A stretch of 63,930 bases of DNA, filler included, from Phoronis australis (taxonomy: Eukaryota > Animalia > Phoronida): NCBI GenBank assembly GCA_002633005.1. It is 6 parts of 6 records of this genome, joined end to end, with 100 filler letters (N's around TTAATTAATTAA, not from the genome) between each part and the next. Parts side by side here need not be neighbours in the genome. Positions count along the whole stretch, not along the records: positions 30,977 to 53,383 come from NMRA01000260.1; 5 more parts are not named here. The stretch is one strand, 5' to 3'. Position numbers and translations under genes: made by a program. How positions within the stretch are numbered: position 1 is the first letter of the stretch; each line of letters starts with the position of its first letter. The notes below the pieces were generated by a model. It made no database searches. It saw nothing but the letters and a program-made list of their open reading frames with translations, and was not told where the DNA came from. Below, one piece after another: positions 36,432-49,811 of this stretch.

Positions 36432-37570
36432 CAGTTCTTTGACTTTTGTTTACAAGAACTCCGCATCGGTTTTACCACTCTCTTGATGTTGCGTAAGTAA
36501 TGTCTCAATATCTGTCTCGCTGGCACTGTTCTGTGTTTATTAACGTAAACATCTACATATAACTTAATCACTGGGTGACATCCAACCGATTATGTTTGTT
36601 TTTAAGTCTCCCATCTCACAATACAGTATTTTTTCGATGTAGTCTTGATAGTATATATAGAGTTTATATTTTCGTTTAGTTTAAACAGTAGACCACAAGT
36701 TTTCACATTTGAATTTGGCATGACATTGTTGAAGAGCAGCGCAGTTGCGATGTCGTTAGATAGTCATACCAATCCACGAGACCTTCAGTTAATGACAATA
36801 CTCAACTTTGCAGTGCAAATGGTTTGTTATTCAAATGTATTAGCAACTTACCACCAACATTTAGCAACACCGTTTTGAACCTATATGTTTTTTGCAATAT
36901 CATATATCTTCTACACGCACTGCTAAGAACTAGAGAATGAAACCTCGTCTACATATTGAAAAAAAAACATGACAATTTCAGATAAAAGATAAAAATTTTC
37001 AGACAACTATATTGCCATTTCATTATGTACTCAAATTGGGCCATTTTCAAATGCCTAGGTAGAGTTCAGTAACGCTAAGACCTCCCTAAGACTTTCCGAG
37101 ATTACGTGAGATAGTGAGATACGTGTACATGTATTGCCGTGCATTTTAAAGGAGAACGCGTGATTTTGATTAGATTTTAGCGCAGGTTCTAGTGTTCTGA
37201 GCACTATCATGTGATGACTAGTTCGGCGATTCAAAATTATCAGTCAGTCTTCCATATTTTTTTAATATTTTGCACCAACTTAACTTTGAACCTGAGATTT
37301 GATCTTCTCAACTCTTCACAATATGCGCAAAAATACGACCGTAAAATTATGAACGTAAAGTTACGAACGTAGAATTATGAGCGCAAAACACGAGCGTAAA
37401 ATTACGTGTATACAACTGCTAGAAAGCTCAAGTGACCAACAAATCAATTTCTCATTGGTTATAACAATAACAAGCGAAGTTTAGGTTATAATTACGAATG
37501 TGATAACGGGCGAACGATTACAGTCGAAAACACAAGCGAAGTCTTGGATGTAAGTAAGAGCGTAATAACG

Positions 37571-37837
37571 CATGCGCGCACCCAGGGGGGTTTGAGTGGG
37601 CTTCAGCAAGCTCCGCTATTAGGCAATGTGTACTAAAAAGTTCCGCCTCAGAGAAACAAAAACTCCGAAAACAAGTAGAAAATGAGACAAAGGTCCACTA
37701 AAAAAGTATGAAATACCAAAAATCTGCGAAGGTACAATTTATAGTTTTCAACGTACTCGAGGAATCTTAGTAAAAGGTCCACATTATCAAAAATTCGACC
37801 CCCCCCCCCTCGCCATTTTGGGCTTCGTGCGCGCATG
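37571..37837. mobile_element. Short TIR element (CATGCGCGCAC termini, hAT-like MITE)
   Basis: CATGCGCGCAC...GTGCGCGCATG. Internal sequence is shared with 58397-58620 and with the contig-end fragments 53484-53540 and 56281-56298. No TSD seen. Confidence 0.65.
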
Positions 37838-38316
37838 TTACGAGCCTCACTACCCAAACGGCCCACGATATGTTTGTGGCTACACAGCAATTAGGAGTGG
37901 CGCAAGTTAGGCCTAGGTTAGAACAAGTTACCCTACCTGGATTCCCCGCAAACAAAATGGCTACTTTTCTGATTACCGCTGAATTAAATAGTAAAGTATG
38001 ACGGTTGCTAGGAAGGTATAATTGCACAGAAGCCATACATTACATTTTGTTGTACCATTTCATATTTGACTATAGACAGTAAAAAATCAAAATAATGGAC
38101 ATTTAGTCCACAGCCTACAGGGCTTATTTATAATCACTTGACATTCCATCGGAGTACAAGTAATCAGCACTTCCAACCAGCAACAAAATCAAAACATTTG
38201 TCTAAAACGGCACTCCATTATCGGGAAACTCAGTCTCGGTATAGAGGCAATAAATATACATGTATAAACGCTGAGGATTGGCAATAGTGAAATGTATCAA
38301 ATAAATACGGAAAAAT

Positions 38317-38378
38317 CGGGAGTCGAATCCCAGGTCTCTAGAATGCCACTCTGGTGGTCTTTCCACTGAGATAGGCCT
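38317..38378 (-). mobile_element. tRNA-derived SINE head or tRNA pseudogene fragment
   Basis: Minus strand reads GGCCTATCTCAGTGGAAAGA...CCTGGGATTCGACTCCCG, with A-box and B-box-like motifs; the acceptor stem is not intact. Confidence 0.4.
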
Positions 38379-38738
38379 ACTGAGGACCAGATATCGGTTG
38401 CAGTCAACTGTAATGCCGTACATATACATCCCATGAGCGGGCGTTTTTGCGTGTTCCATTAATGGAGCTTTATTGTAGGAGGCTTCATGACGAATACAGT
38501 TGTGTGGCTAGCAGGAATCATATTAAAGTGAGAATTACAAGAAAGCACACAGGTAATTCTATTTGCTTCTGAAAGCAGTTATCATTCGACCGAGGATCAT
38601 TGAATTGCAAGACAAATCTACCAATCATTATTTTAGAAAAGGAAAGGACTGCACTTATTCAGAGATGGCGCCGTGTCGCCCTGCGATGTGTTTTCTTGCA
38701 AACGAGAAGCATATCTCGGACCATACAGTGTAGTTTAA

Positions 38739-39528
38739 AGGGAAGGCAACATTTTTTGCGTCTTTTTGATAAAAATACGGTTCGTTAATTATCCCAGTCA
38801 TGTGCTTCAGTTAATTACGGCTGCCTGTAATTTTATTAATTACACGTGCATTACTCCGTAAGTGACGTTTAGGGGGTTAAGAATTTCCCGCCATTTCGTT
38901 TCTAGTGTGTTCGAGTTACTGTTAGTATCTGTTGTACTGTTGTTTTTCGTTCTGGTCTCCTAAAGTTGTCGTCAGCACTTCCCATCGACCAGTATTCTAT
39001 GACAAACTAGGTTGTTTGAAAACTCAGTTGGATTTAGGAATCTATTACTTTGTAGTAGCAGTGGGTGGATACAGTATATGTTTGAGCCCGAGCATAGTGA
39101 AGCAGAATACAAATAGCTGTAAAGAGGGAGAGATCAGAGACTGAGGACAGACGCGGTGGGACGTCTCGGTGCAACTACGGCGGAGCGTGACATCTTTCGG
39201 AAAGCGGTGTACTGGCATATCCAAAGTGCGCGTGAGAAGATAACGAGTACTTACCGGTACGCAGCAACAGTGCGGCATGTTGACTGACTCCAAAGTAAAC
39301 CCAAACGACAATCAAACTTATCACAACCGAGGTAAAACAGTGACTTATTCGACAAGTCACACAGTCAGACTACATGAAAACAAAATGGCGGGAAATTTTT
39401 AACCTTCTAAACGTCACTTCCGTAGTAAGGCACGACTAATTGATGAAATTACGGGAAGCCGCTGATAACTGAAAAACATGTCTGGAATAATCAACGAACC
39501 GTATTTTTACTAAAAGTGACATGAAAAG
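38739..39528 (-). mobile_element. Kolobok-like non-autonomous element with a THAP-domain fragment
   Basis: Left terminus TTAA|AGGGAAGG. Imperfect inverted repeats of ~150 bp (38755-38902 vs 39376-39525). An internal minus-strand ATG at 39278 gives MPHCCCVP...PVHRFPKDVTLRR, a THAP N-terminus. The right terminus is missing. Confidence 0.65.
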
Positions 39529-40131
39529 TAATCGTGGGCGGAAAAAGTTCAGGTTAAAAATAAAATTTTCAATACCGATTTAAAGTTACATGTTTAATGA
39601 CTTATTTCAAAATCAAAATTTAAAATCGAAACATGTTTAGCGTTCAAAATAACACATTTAGAAAATCAATATCAATTTCAATCTTCTATGACAGTTATGT
39701 AATCCCATTCCATTTGAATCCTGGAACTGTAAAATGACGCACGTATTTGAATTAAACGTGATTTGCTGTGTCCTTGTGTTTCACGCCTTACTTCGAAGGT
39801 CCATGTAAAAATTGAGCATGATAAGTCATTGAATCAACAGGCTGGTGTTTTCTGAGCTGCCCAAATGTATATTACATAATTCTCTGGTGGGGTCTCGAGC
39901 ACCGTTAATATGCTTAGAAGTCATTGGCTAATCTCGTTGGAAAAACGCGAAAGTGAACTGGTCAGTGCCACTTGCTTGTCGTTAGTCTGGAAAAGTTGCC
40001 ATGGGTGGGCGTTATGTAATAAGTTAAATACCATGGACCGCAGACAATACAGTAGCAGGAATATAGGTCACGGCAGTCGGACGTTATTCTTTGCCAAGGG
40101 AACTTTATAGTTCGGCCGTTGTGAAACGAAT

Positions 40132-40180
40132 ATGTCTCGAATATTCCTGTCGCTGTTGCTGTGTTATCTTTTCAGTACAG
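40132..40180 (+). CDS. Nicotinic acetylcholine receptor-like Cys-loop subunit, exon 1 (signal peptide)
   Basis: MSRIFLSLLLCYLFST, then CAG|GTATGA; phase 1 matches exon 2. Confidence 0.75.
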
Positions 40181-42846
40181 GTATGATATTACACAGTCAA
40201 AATCAAGTGCATGGTTCTAATAATTCATATTTACTCCTCAATATTTGTTTGAGCACCTATTACGTTACCGTTATTATACATATAAAATGTACAGGCCGTT
40301 GCTAATCATTTAATGGATTAAAATTTTTAGTACCGACTTGCTTCATTTGGCAATGTCTTAAGTGTATATTAGATTAGTTGTTGTCACGCTGATGTATTTC
40401 AAACGATTATAGTGACGGGACATCGCCATTTTTAATTCATCGATTTTTTTAAATGTTAATACTTTGTACTTTAGTCTTGGGTCTGTTATAATTTAAAAAG
40501 TGTGGGTGTCGACGTATTAATTTTTCCCGTTACCATGGTTATTCAAGGCCAAAACGAAGGCATCTCCACCGACACGAACAATGTGGATTTTACACGGAAG
40601 TTTCTTAGAAGCCACATGCACTAGTCGGATATAATGGATCTTAACTTATTCCAAATAAATCCACTAAATGATGAGTCTGTAAACTATAACTTTTCAGGAA
40701 ATACCTTTTAAATTGAAAAGTCCAGGGCATCCAGATTAAATATGTAGCAACTTTTTTGATTAGAAGGCTGTCTTTGTAGTACTTAATCGTTGTAAGGTTC
40801 TTGGGTGAGATATTTTTTTCTCACTGCTACATGTAGTATTGAAAACAAAAATAAGACCTACATGTCATGTTATTTTTATTGGCCGAGAAGTTGTTATTTC
40901 ATAGGTGTGACGGACGTACAAAATTGCCATACGTCTTTCGCAAAATTCCTGACTTAATGAATAATCCCAGGGGTCTAAAATTTTGGTCAATAGTATCAAG
41001 TAAAAAGTTCAAAGAGAATCTGAAATTATTTAATTCTTGATTGAAAATTTTTAACGTAACTAAACGTTTTAGTACATATTCAATAGTATAATGAAATACA
41101 CATAATTAGCTTTTTTATGACAATAATTAGCAACACACATGAAAATCGAGCAAATTTTTAAGGTCAAATGACTCCAAAAATGGGTCTGTTTAGGCAAAAA
41201 ATTGAAAGTTATATGACCAATGTGGTTCATGAAAATAGAGACTGGGTTTTCAGACGAGACCAGAAATGTAAGTCACAACTTCAACAATCTTTTATCTTTA
41301 AATTGACCTTTCCACGCAATTACCCAACTAATTATTCCCTGTTCAAAACTTCTGGCTTTACCAATAAGAGTTGAATTTAAAAAAAGAAGCTGGTAACTTG
41401 CACTTGGTAAAAACTGCCTGTTCTTGACTGTTGTAATTGTTAGCATGTAATTAAAGACTTGGGAACTGCAAATTTCTCGCTCATTGTCCACAGTAACTGA
41501 TGAGATTGACCTATACATGATTTCGGTAACGGTTCTCATTCTAAAATTACATGAATATGTCCCCTACTGTCTTTCCTCACCATTTTACCGTCAAATTTCT
41601 ATTCGCACTATTACGCAGTTGACACTACCATGTTTGCTCAAGTCAAGATTACGGCAACACTTTTTGCTTATAAATGAAACGGCATCAACGATTCTGAATG
41701 GTGTTCTTGCTGTTGTGAGATTCTCCTTAGTTTTCGTGGCATAACATAGAGCAACAAGAGGCAACATTTCACAATTTTCCATAATTTTTTATAATTGCGG
41801 TCATCTGAGCCATTGCACACAAAATTCCTTGAAGTGGTACCCAGAAATAACCTGGCTCTATAACCGATTCTTGTTACTTGAGGCATACCAGGACCACCTT
41901 AGAAATTTGAAACGTTGGCCTGGGACCATAGCCTGAGCCCGGGGTCGGAAGCGACATGTCTCGGCCAGTTTGACGGATGAGCAATGCACTAGATCTCTCC
42001 AGATGCAGGGCCGCAACAGAAGCGGAACTTGTTGACTCGCGCGGGGCTTGAAGCTGGTGTTGGCTGGTCAGGGCCAGAACCAAGTTCCTAACGAAATCGC
42101 AAGTCAGTGAATGGGCGTATAAATAGGCATCTATACGCTGCGTATCATCATTCAACACCTCTGAATCGCCTGAACTGAATTGGAGTTCACAAATGTCTAT
42201 GAATTGGGCTAAATTTTCGAAAAATGAGGAAGCAACTCTCCTTCGGTAGCCGCCCTTTAACTAATTCGGGAACCAATCACGGACGTCGTTTTCATAACAC
42301 CCATAATTCCGTTATTGAACATATGAAACGAAAGATCATATAGTAAGTTAATCGCACATAAATATTTTCATTATGGGATACAAAAATGTTAACATCTAAT
42401 ATATAAAGTACAAGATCAAATATAAATATAAAATATCGGATACATATAATTACATCAAACTTATTTTTGAACATTGAATTCTGCAACACATAACACGCCA
42501 TATTCAACTATAAGATAGCAATTACTGCTATACACGGAAAATATCGAATCAATTGAAATTTTAATTTCTTGAAATAATAGATTGCCTTCCGTGGAAAAAA
42601 CGAATATTGAAATGGGCGGCGCAGCACTGAANCACCGCCTATAGACCATGTGCAGGGTAGCACTCAAAAAAGTGGGGGCTATAGCCTCCCAGCCCCCTAT
42701 GATGTGCCGCCCATGATTGAGAAAGGCCTACAGTCGTAGATTTCTTGTCTCGCTCTACTCTAGACGTACAAAAGTGCTTCAAAACCACAGGCAATAGAGG
42801 TCGACATGGAACGCGAAAACTCCTAAAAATATCTTTCTAACAGTTT

Positions 42847-43168
42847 CAAGGTACCTAAACTACACGGTCAACGGACTCCTAAACACGGGCACGGACGCAT
42901 GAACACGACTCCCTGACCTCCAAACACCGTCCACTGACTCACAAATACGGGAACGGACCTACAAAACACGAGCCACGCACCCAAATACACGGGATACGGA
43001 ATCATATTCACGAGGAAACAAGGTTAACGGACCGCCAAACACGGGTCACGGATTCAGCGGCTTCCTGGGTCAGCTGACATCTTCATTTTGTCCGTAACGG
43101 ACGGTGTTTCCAGGTCCGTGAGTCGTGTTCATGCGTGAGTTCGTTGACCGTGTAGTTTAGGTACCTTG
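42847..43168. mobile_element. MITE, 322 bp, 27-bp perfect TIR, 5-bp TSD
   Basis: AGTTT|CAAGGTACCTAAACTACACGGTCAACG ... CGTTGACCGTGTAGTTTAGGTACCTTG|AGTTT, with internal ~22-bp ACGGAC..AAACACG subrepeats. Confidence 0.88.
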
Positions 43169-44075
43169 AGTTTCTCGTTCTTGGGACTGCTAGCGTAAGT
43201 GTCATTCACTTTGAATATTGCAATACTGAAAATGTATTTCCAACATGTGCCGTTTTACCAGTTACCCTTCATACTCGGTAAGCATATTTTACGCCGAATC
43301 TTGTACAAATCTTAATTATGACATGCGACCACTGTCTTTTCGCTCAAGGTTTTCTATTTGCCATAAGTTCCCCAGATGTATTTTACAAATCAACAGACTG
43401 CTGTACGTTTGACAACATAAACAAGTTTAACGATATGCACGACCAGGTGTGGGCGTAACCACTGCGAAAAGTCACGTGATAACCCAGCATATTCATCGAA
43501 TTTCACAAAAATACAATTGTGAGGGGAAAGTAAACCTTAACTAATTTTAGTTCTAAAGCGGGACAACATTGTAATTGAACGTGTCTGTACGTCTGTGGTG
43601 TTTACTTGAAAAAAGAAGGGTTTAGTTTCTTCAACTTTTTTAGAATTTATGCATGCTCAGTTCCGAAACTCTCTAGAGCTTGGGTTCCATATGAAGAATC
43701 TAAGGTCTGGATGGTCAACAAATTATTGTAAGGCAAGGCGTTTTCATAGTCGAGTTATCTCAGATCATTCTCTTGCATCCGCTTGGCACATATACCGTCG
43801 TTCCTTTTCGCAAGAGTTTTAAAACTTAAAAGTCAAAGATATGAAAATAAATATGAGGTGAAGCAGATACAGTGCTTTTCCAAGTTTAAGAAAGGAAATC
43901 ACGCAGCTTTCCATTATGACTCCTATTATTTGGAACGTTACCCCCAAATATCTTTAACTAAAGACTCGGATTTTTAGTTATAGATTTTTCTTATACCGCG
44001 GACCTCTGAGGTTATTTCTTATTTACTTTTGACAATTTATTCGCCAACATGTCTAGCTTTATATATATTTTGTAG

Positions 44076-44218
44076 TGACTTTGAGTGTCAACACTCTTGA
44101 CAAGGAACTGACAAAGAAGATTCTGGAAGGCTATGAAAAGTCAACCCGTCCCACAGACACTTTCCAAGATGCTGTAAACGTGACGATGGAAATCGGGCTG
44201 CGAGAATTGTCGGAATTG
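44076..44218 (+). CDS. nAChR-like subunit, exon 2
   Basis: AG/GT flanked, 143 nt, phase 1-0: VTLSVNTLDKELTKKILEGYEKSTRPTDTFQDAVNVTMEIGLRELSEL (L..Y....RP...V.V motif). Confidence 0.93.
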
Positions 44219-47200
44219 GTACGTAAGAAAAGCCATGTTCAAAGTTTGAGTTATCTTAGAACCGCTTCTGGAGTATCTTGGCCCCAACAGCCGAATCTAA
44301 TGTACTCTACACTTACAATTCGTTGTAATGGTTGTTTTATGGCAACTCGTTGTATTGGTTCTTTTATGGCAACTCGTAGTGTTGACGGGGCAAGTTGTAC
44401 TCGAGAAATATTACGTCACTGGTGAGGGTGTCTCAAATGTCAATTACTGGACGTGCCCACGAAAACGCTGTGCAAATGATTTGGTTAGCCAAGGGTTCCT
44501 TTCCGCGTCTTGGGGATGGGGAAACGTCATTAATTCGGGGTCCATTCAGATAAACGAGTAAGTGCACAACTTTGTCCAGCAACTGGCCCGTTGAAGGTAT
44601 TGCTTTTCTAAAGATATATGAACTAGGTTATCTAAGGGTGGCAAGTATGTCACTGCCAACACATTCAGAAATATCACAAACTCAGTTTTCTTCCTGAGAG
44701 CAAACTTTGGCTCAGTTGTGGACTGAATGGCAAGGTGACAATGTTCTCCTAAATATCCGGTACTTGGCGAAGTTTTCAAGAAGTCCACCCGTGTCAGTAT
44801 TTCTACTGCTAGGTAGTCCTCGATGCAAAAAATGCGCTTGAAATTATTACAAGTAAAACCCTAATGCCATTACTTTTGCAAGTTGTTTTTATCTCTAATC
44901 ACCACCGGCATTTCAGTGACCAGAGAGGCACCGAGATCTCCACGCTGTAGTAAAAGATTACATCTTGAGTAACATGCGCATTATTTATGTGTCCATGACG
45001 TAAATGTGTTGGCCAGCGTTGTTTTCGCTTCTTACTTGTTTTTCAAGAGAAGCCTTGGTAACAACTGACCAGTGGAGCCGATCGAGATTCGCTGGATGGA
45101 AACTAACTTCATGAATAATCTAATCGTCTTTGCCCAAACAACAAAGCAAAAATAATAGCGAAGTACAAATCTCATAAAATTATTATCAAATACTGTGTTG
45201 GCCAGTACTCTAACAAAAGCGCACTTTTCTTTTTATTACAAGGTCCCTAGGGAGCTCAGTGTAAAAATTATTCTCCACAACGTGAGTGCGCACCTGCTAC
45301 GCGTGCTGAACTCTATATTGTGGGCCCGTGTGTCTAGAACTAGGCATGAGAGTGTTCACTTGCTGTGCTATTAGCAGTCAAACCAATTCGTTTCCTACGA
45401 CTCCTTAGAGGCTAATCCAATATTTTGAGTTGAGTTGACAGGCCTAGTATTAGCCAGGATTTTGCTGTCAGACATTCGCACTCCCGAACTGTCAAATGGA
45501 ATCTGAGACAAGTTTAGGGGGCACATGGCGCCTTGCCGCTTGCCCCCCCCCCCNCCCCCCCCCCTCTAAATCCGCCACTGTTTAATGATCATGTTTGTTG
45601 AAAGAACGTTCGTAATGAGTATAAAACCCCATAGTTTACTACCTAAACGTCTGTACACATTTTTGCGATTGCACCACTGACAAGTATGCGGTGGAGCATC
45701 AATGTCGGAAGACTTTCTCAGGTCGATTGTGCATTAAGATGCACCATTCTTCCCACCACAAATACTGTTAGCCACTGTATTGTTATTACAATTGACCTAT
45801 AGTTGTTTCCCATGTATTTTATCTGTCTGCAAGATATTTGCTTGGGAAACTGAGTAAGCCAACGATAGATAATACACTCCAACTGGCATGCAGCGCAGTA
45901 GCTTTAGTTGTTAACTTAGTTGGTAAACGATCGCCGACCTCGTGACTTCCGCTTAGGAATCGGGCATTATGGGTTTTACAGCCAAAAACTACGCTTTGTG
46001 GGATATTTGTTGGGCGGGATAGACTTTTTCTTGTTATCGGCTTTGAAACGGCGAAATACGTGTTTTTGTGATTTTGTTACAGATCATCAAATTTCACTGA
46101 TGTCTGTAAGACGTTCGCTGAAATCAGACCCGGTTCATTATCGTTGAAATACGTGATACTACATGCACGTTGTGGGATCCAGCACAGCGGCAGAGCGGAA
46201 TTCGGGTGTTCGAAACCGCGATATTCTTAATTGTGAGAAACTACATTTCTCTTCGAGAATGTAACTTAAATCCAAATTCAAATTGATCGCGTGTGGTACG
46301 CCGTAAAACAACAGTTACATTTTACATCACTGTTACACTTTACGTTGCTAGGCCTCTCCTAAAATGTAACGACTTGCATCAAACAAAAGATTAAAAGTTC
46401 TTTTAATAATATCAATGCCGATTATAATATCAATTAGACATATTAAGTACTAAAGTTAGAATGACAAAGTAAATTAGACATTTGATTAAGCAAGCTAGAT
46501 GACTCCATGAAATTTTTGTTATTTAAAGATTTTTGCAGATTTTAATAATGATAATTTAAACTCTTGTAGTGTCATACAAAGTTATACATGTACATGTACA
46601 TATAGTGTTGATTGCCTCTACCATTCTGTAATGGTCTTGATGTTGCTTAATCAGGCCCTGCTTTAGTGTCGAGGGCTGAAATGCCAAGCCAGGCCAAAAG
46701 TTCAAACCTGACGCAGCACTTTTCAAACTCGACGCGCATTTTCCAAACTCGTTACAGCGTCGAGATAAAACAGGTCGTGGAGAACACTGACAATTTACGT
46801 CGAGTGCACGTGGAAATCTATCAAAACGTGCCAGCTAGAATTGATAGCTATGCCGCTATGTACATTCCATTGTTTTTTATGAATTGTTTCTTGGTATAAA
46901 AAATGAACCCTGTACAGTTTCAACTCCGGACGAAAGGAGTCACCAGGATTGTTAGAACGTTCTTGCAATCTTTTCTTGGCTGTCACAGATCACAAATCAG
47001 TTGTATCCATCATTTACAGTAAACACACTTCCTATGGTAAGCACGACAAAAACAATGACATCGTATTTTGGCTAGCATTTATCGCATTTCTGCTGGAACA
47101 AACGGCCATAACAATTTTTAAGGAGAATTCAATTTTGGAAGCCAATTTGATTGTTTGATTTATTTCAGCCAGTGTTTTATTGCCTTGGAGTCATTGTTTA

Positions 47201-48765
47201 TGCAGTAATTGCCCTGCTCCACACAAACGGATCGAGCCAATAGTTTCTGATCGTGACGGGTTCTGTCTACCTACCACCTTAATTGCCAATTTTGTGTTGG
47301 AAGGAAACAAAATTACGCATTCATTTTTGGGCAGACTGAAAGATTTTTGCCAGTTCAACACCAAAAGGTCGCCTTTGAGAAGAGCGAGCCAGTATTTTAA
47401 AACAGTGGCGGCTTATTCCCATGTTTAAACTTTTTAAAAGCTGGAAGGAATAGTATTGTTCCTATGAAAGAGTGGAGGTAGCAACAGATCAAACCGTGAC
47501 GTGTATACGTAAACATGGGAGAACTACATGTACCTGGGGAAATGACTGTGATCCTTTTGCTCAAACCGGCTGTCGATCGATAGGCAATAGTCCTAATAAA
47601 ACTGATTGTCTGCCTTTCAGTCTGCAAAACATACACTTTCTCACATTTTCTTATACGATAAAACATCAATTAAAATGGCTATTTTATCGATGTTCGTTAG
47701 TCCGAAACACATACAGCTGTATCAATAAATTCAGAGGTTGGATATTCTACTCTTAACGGACGTGAAGTTACGTGTCTCATGAGACGCCACTTTTGGGGTT
47801 GCAGCTCTGCGTTTTTGCTTCGTACAATCCACCTTCAATGAAGTCTAGTTCAGATCATTGTTAAATCACGTTGTTCTCCTAAGAAAAAAAACTATAGGGA
47901 CCCGTTACACATAAAATTGTTGCTTATTTCGTGTGTTACCATCTTCTCTAATGACCCGGTGACACTAGCCTCAGCTGACTAGTCGCCAGTCCTCGAAAAA
48001 TCTCGGCCTCCCGAGTTCCAACTTAACGCGATATTTTAACTTACACATTATCATGAAACCAACCCCAGTTCTTTGAAAAGGAATGTCTTTAGCAAGAGAA
48101 AAAATGATAACACGGTGGGTATCCTCACGTTTGGATGTAAGTCGCAAGTAAAACATTACAGTCTGTATTCAGTTCTTCGTGGCAAACTACATGTGCAGAA
48201 GGATATTATAGTTATATTTACAAACAGTATCGGGCTTGCCGATAGGTCAGAATTTTTTGAAGTTGGTGCACGTCTAAACAAGTTTTTAATTCCCAACCTC
48301 CTCGTTTCCAAAAATTTAGTCAACTGCATCAACACCTGTCACCCCTATCAATAACTGGCTTTCCATTGTGGGAACCCTGGTGAAACCATTGAACTATACA
48401 GTAAATGAGATGATTTCAAAAGGCTGATTTTTCAAAGCAAGAATACTCTCCAAAATGGTGCCATTTTGACAAAGTACTATCTAAAAAGGTGCCTTTTCTG
48501 AATTTCTGGAACAGAACTGTGTGAAAATGTGAATTTTTGCACAACATTACTCTCTAATAATTCAGTCGTTGGGGTGAAGCAGCTAAGACTTGTGATTTTT
48601 AGCCGGAAGTTTATTTTTGAAAACAGTCAGGAAAATTTACCCAGCTGACCCCCGAGTCTTAAGCGGAGATATTGAAAACTATGCATGGAATACCGGATGA
48701 GCAGTCTTGATGGACATTTCAATCTGACTTCCCGATGAAATTTAATTTACTTCTTTATATTTCAG

Positions 48766-48810
48766 GTACAAAATGTGCAAACGCTGACAGTAAAAGCATG
48801 GATCAGACTC
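48766..48810 (+). CDS. nAChR-like subunit, exon 3
   Basis: 45-nt exon, the size typical of nAChR genes: VQNVQTLTVKAWIRL (loop D Trp present). Confidence 0.9.
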
Positions 48811-49701
48811 GTGAGTAACTCATTCTCCTGTCTCCCATTGCATGCAGCGTTATACTGGAAAACCCTTTATTTTGTTCGAGATGGTCGGGAACCTTTGTCT
48901 TGATTCTTTGTTACAGGGATTGACACGTAACTTTCCTGATGACACGTGACAACAACGCTGACAGATATGGAGTTCATTGACTGCCCCAACACGGCGTCAT
49001 GCATCCACAATGTGATTTACATGTATTTCAGTCTATACATGTATGGGGGAACTTGAAGACCCAAATGTCTGCCATGCAGCAGGAGATTCGATTGTCACCA
49101 TCTGGCATAACAAATGAATAAACAGAAAGATGAGAACACTCATATGATCTGCTTGCCGTCGTTGGTGGATGATAGTGCCAACACAGTCACTCAAAGTCTG
49201 TCATGACACGCTTTTGGATGAATGTTACGTGACACTTATTACACAGGGTCGAAGTTGCGCAAGTTACGAGAGGTTGGGAATTAATGAAAGCTCTACTCAA
49301 TGGTTGCGCATACGATGTGATTCATATTTATGCACAGGCCTTTAAAACGTGCTATTGAACTAGAGTAAATGAATATAGCTTCGACTGAAAGACGTGTTTT
49401 AAGAAACAACCGAATAAATCCCAATCTCCCCTACTCGCTTGTCGCTGTCGTTTCGTTCGTTCCCTAGCGCTTTCACGTGAACGTGATTTTCTCGATGGTG
49501 TGTGATCACAAACAGGTTGAAACCCGAAGAAGGTTCGTTACCTCAGCAACTGTGTTAGGCTTAAGTCTAGCTCTGATAAAGTACACAGGAAAGTATTGAG
49601 TCTTAAAATGGTTCCCTGTGTAACCTTCTAACTAGAAATCAGCTTATGTCATTAAACTTTCGGAGCAGCAGACAAAGAGGCTCCCACTGTTCTTCTTACA
49701 G

Positions 49702-49811
49702 TACTGGTACGACGCTTCTCTAACCTGGAATGTGTCCGACTACAAAGGTGTCACGACAACGGAGTTATCGACGGAACAGATTTGGCTTCCCGATATTGTT
49801 CTGTTCAACAG
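49702..49811 (+). CDS. nAChR-like subunit, exon 4
   Basis: 110-nt exon, the size typical of nAChR genes: YWYDASLTWNVSDYKGVTTTELSTEQIWLPDIVLFN(S). Confidence 0.96.
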
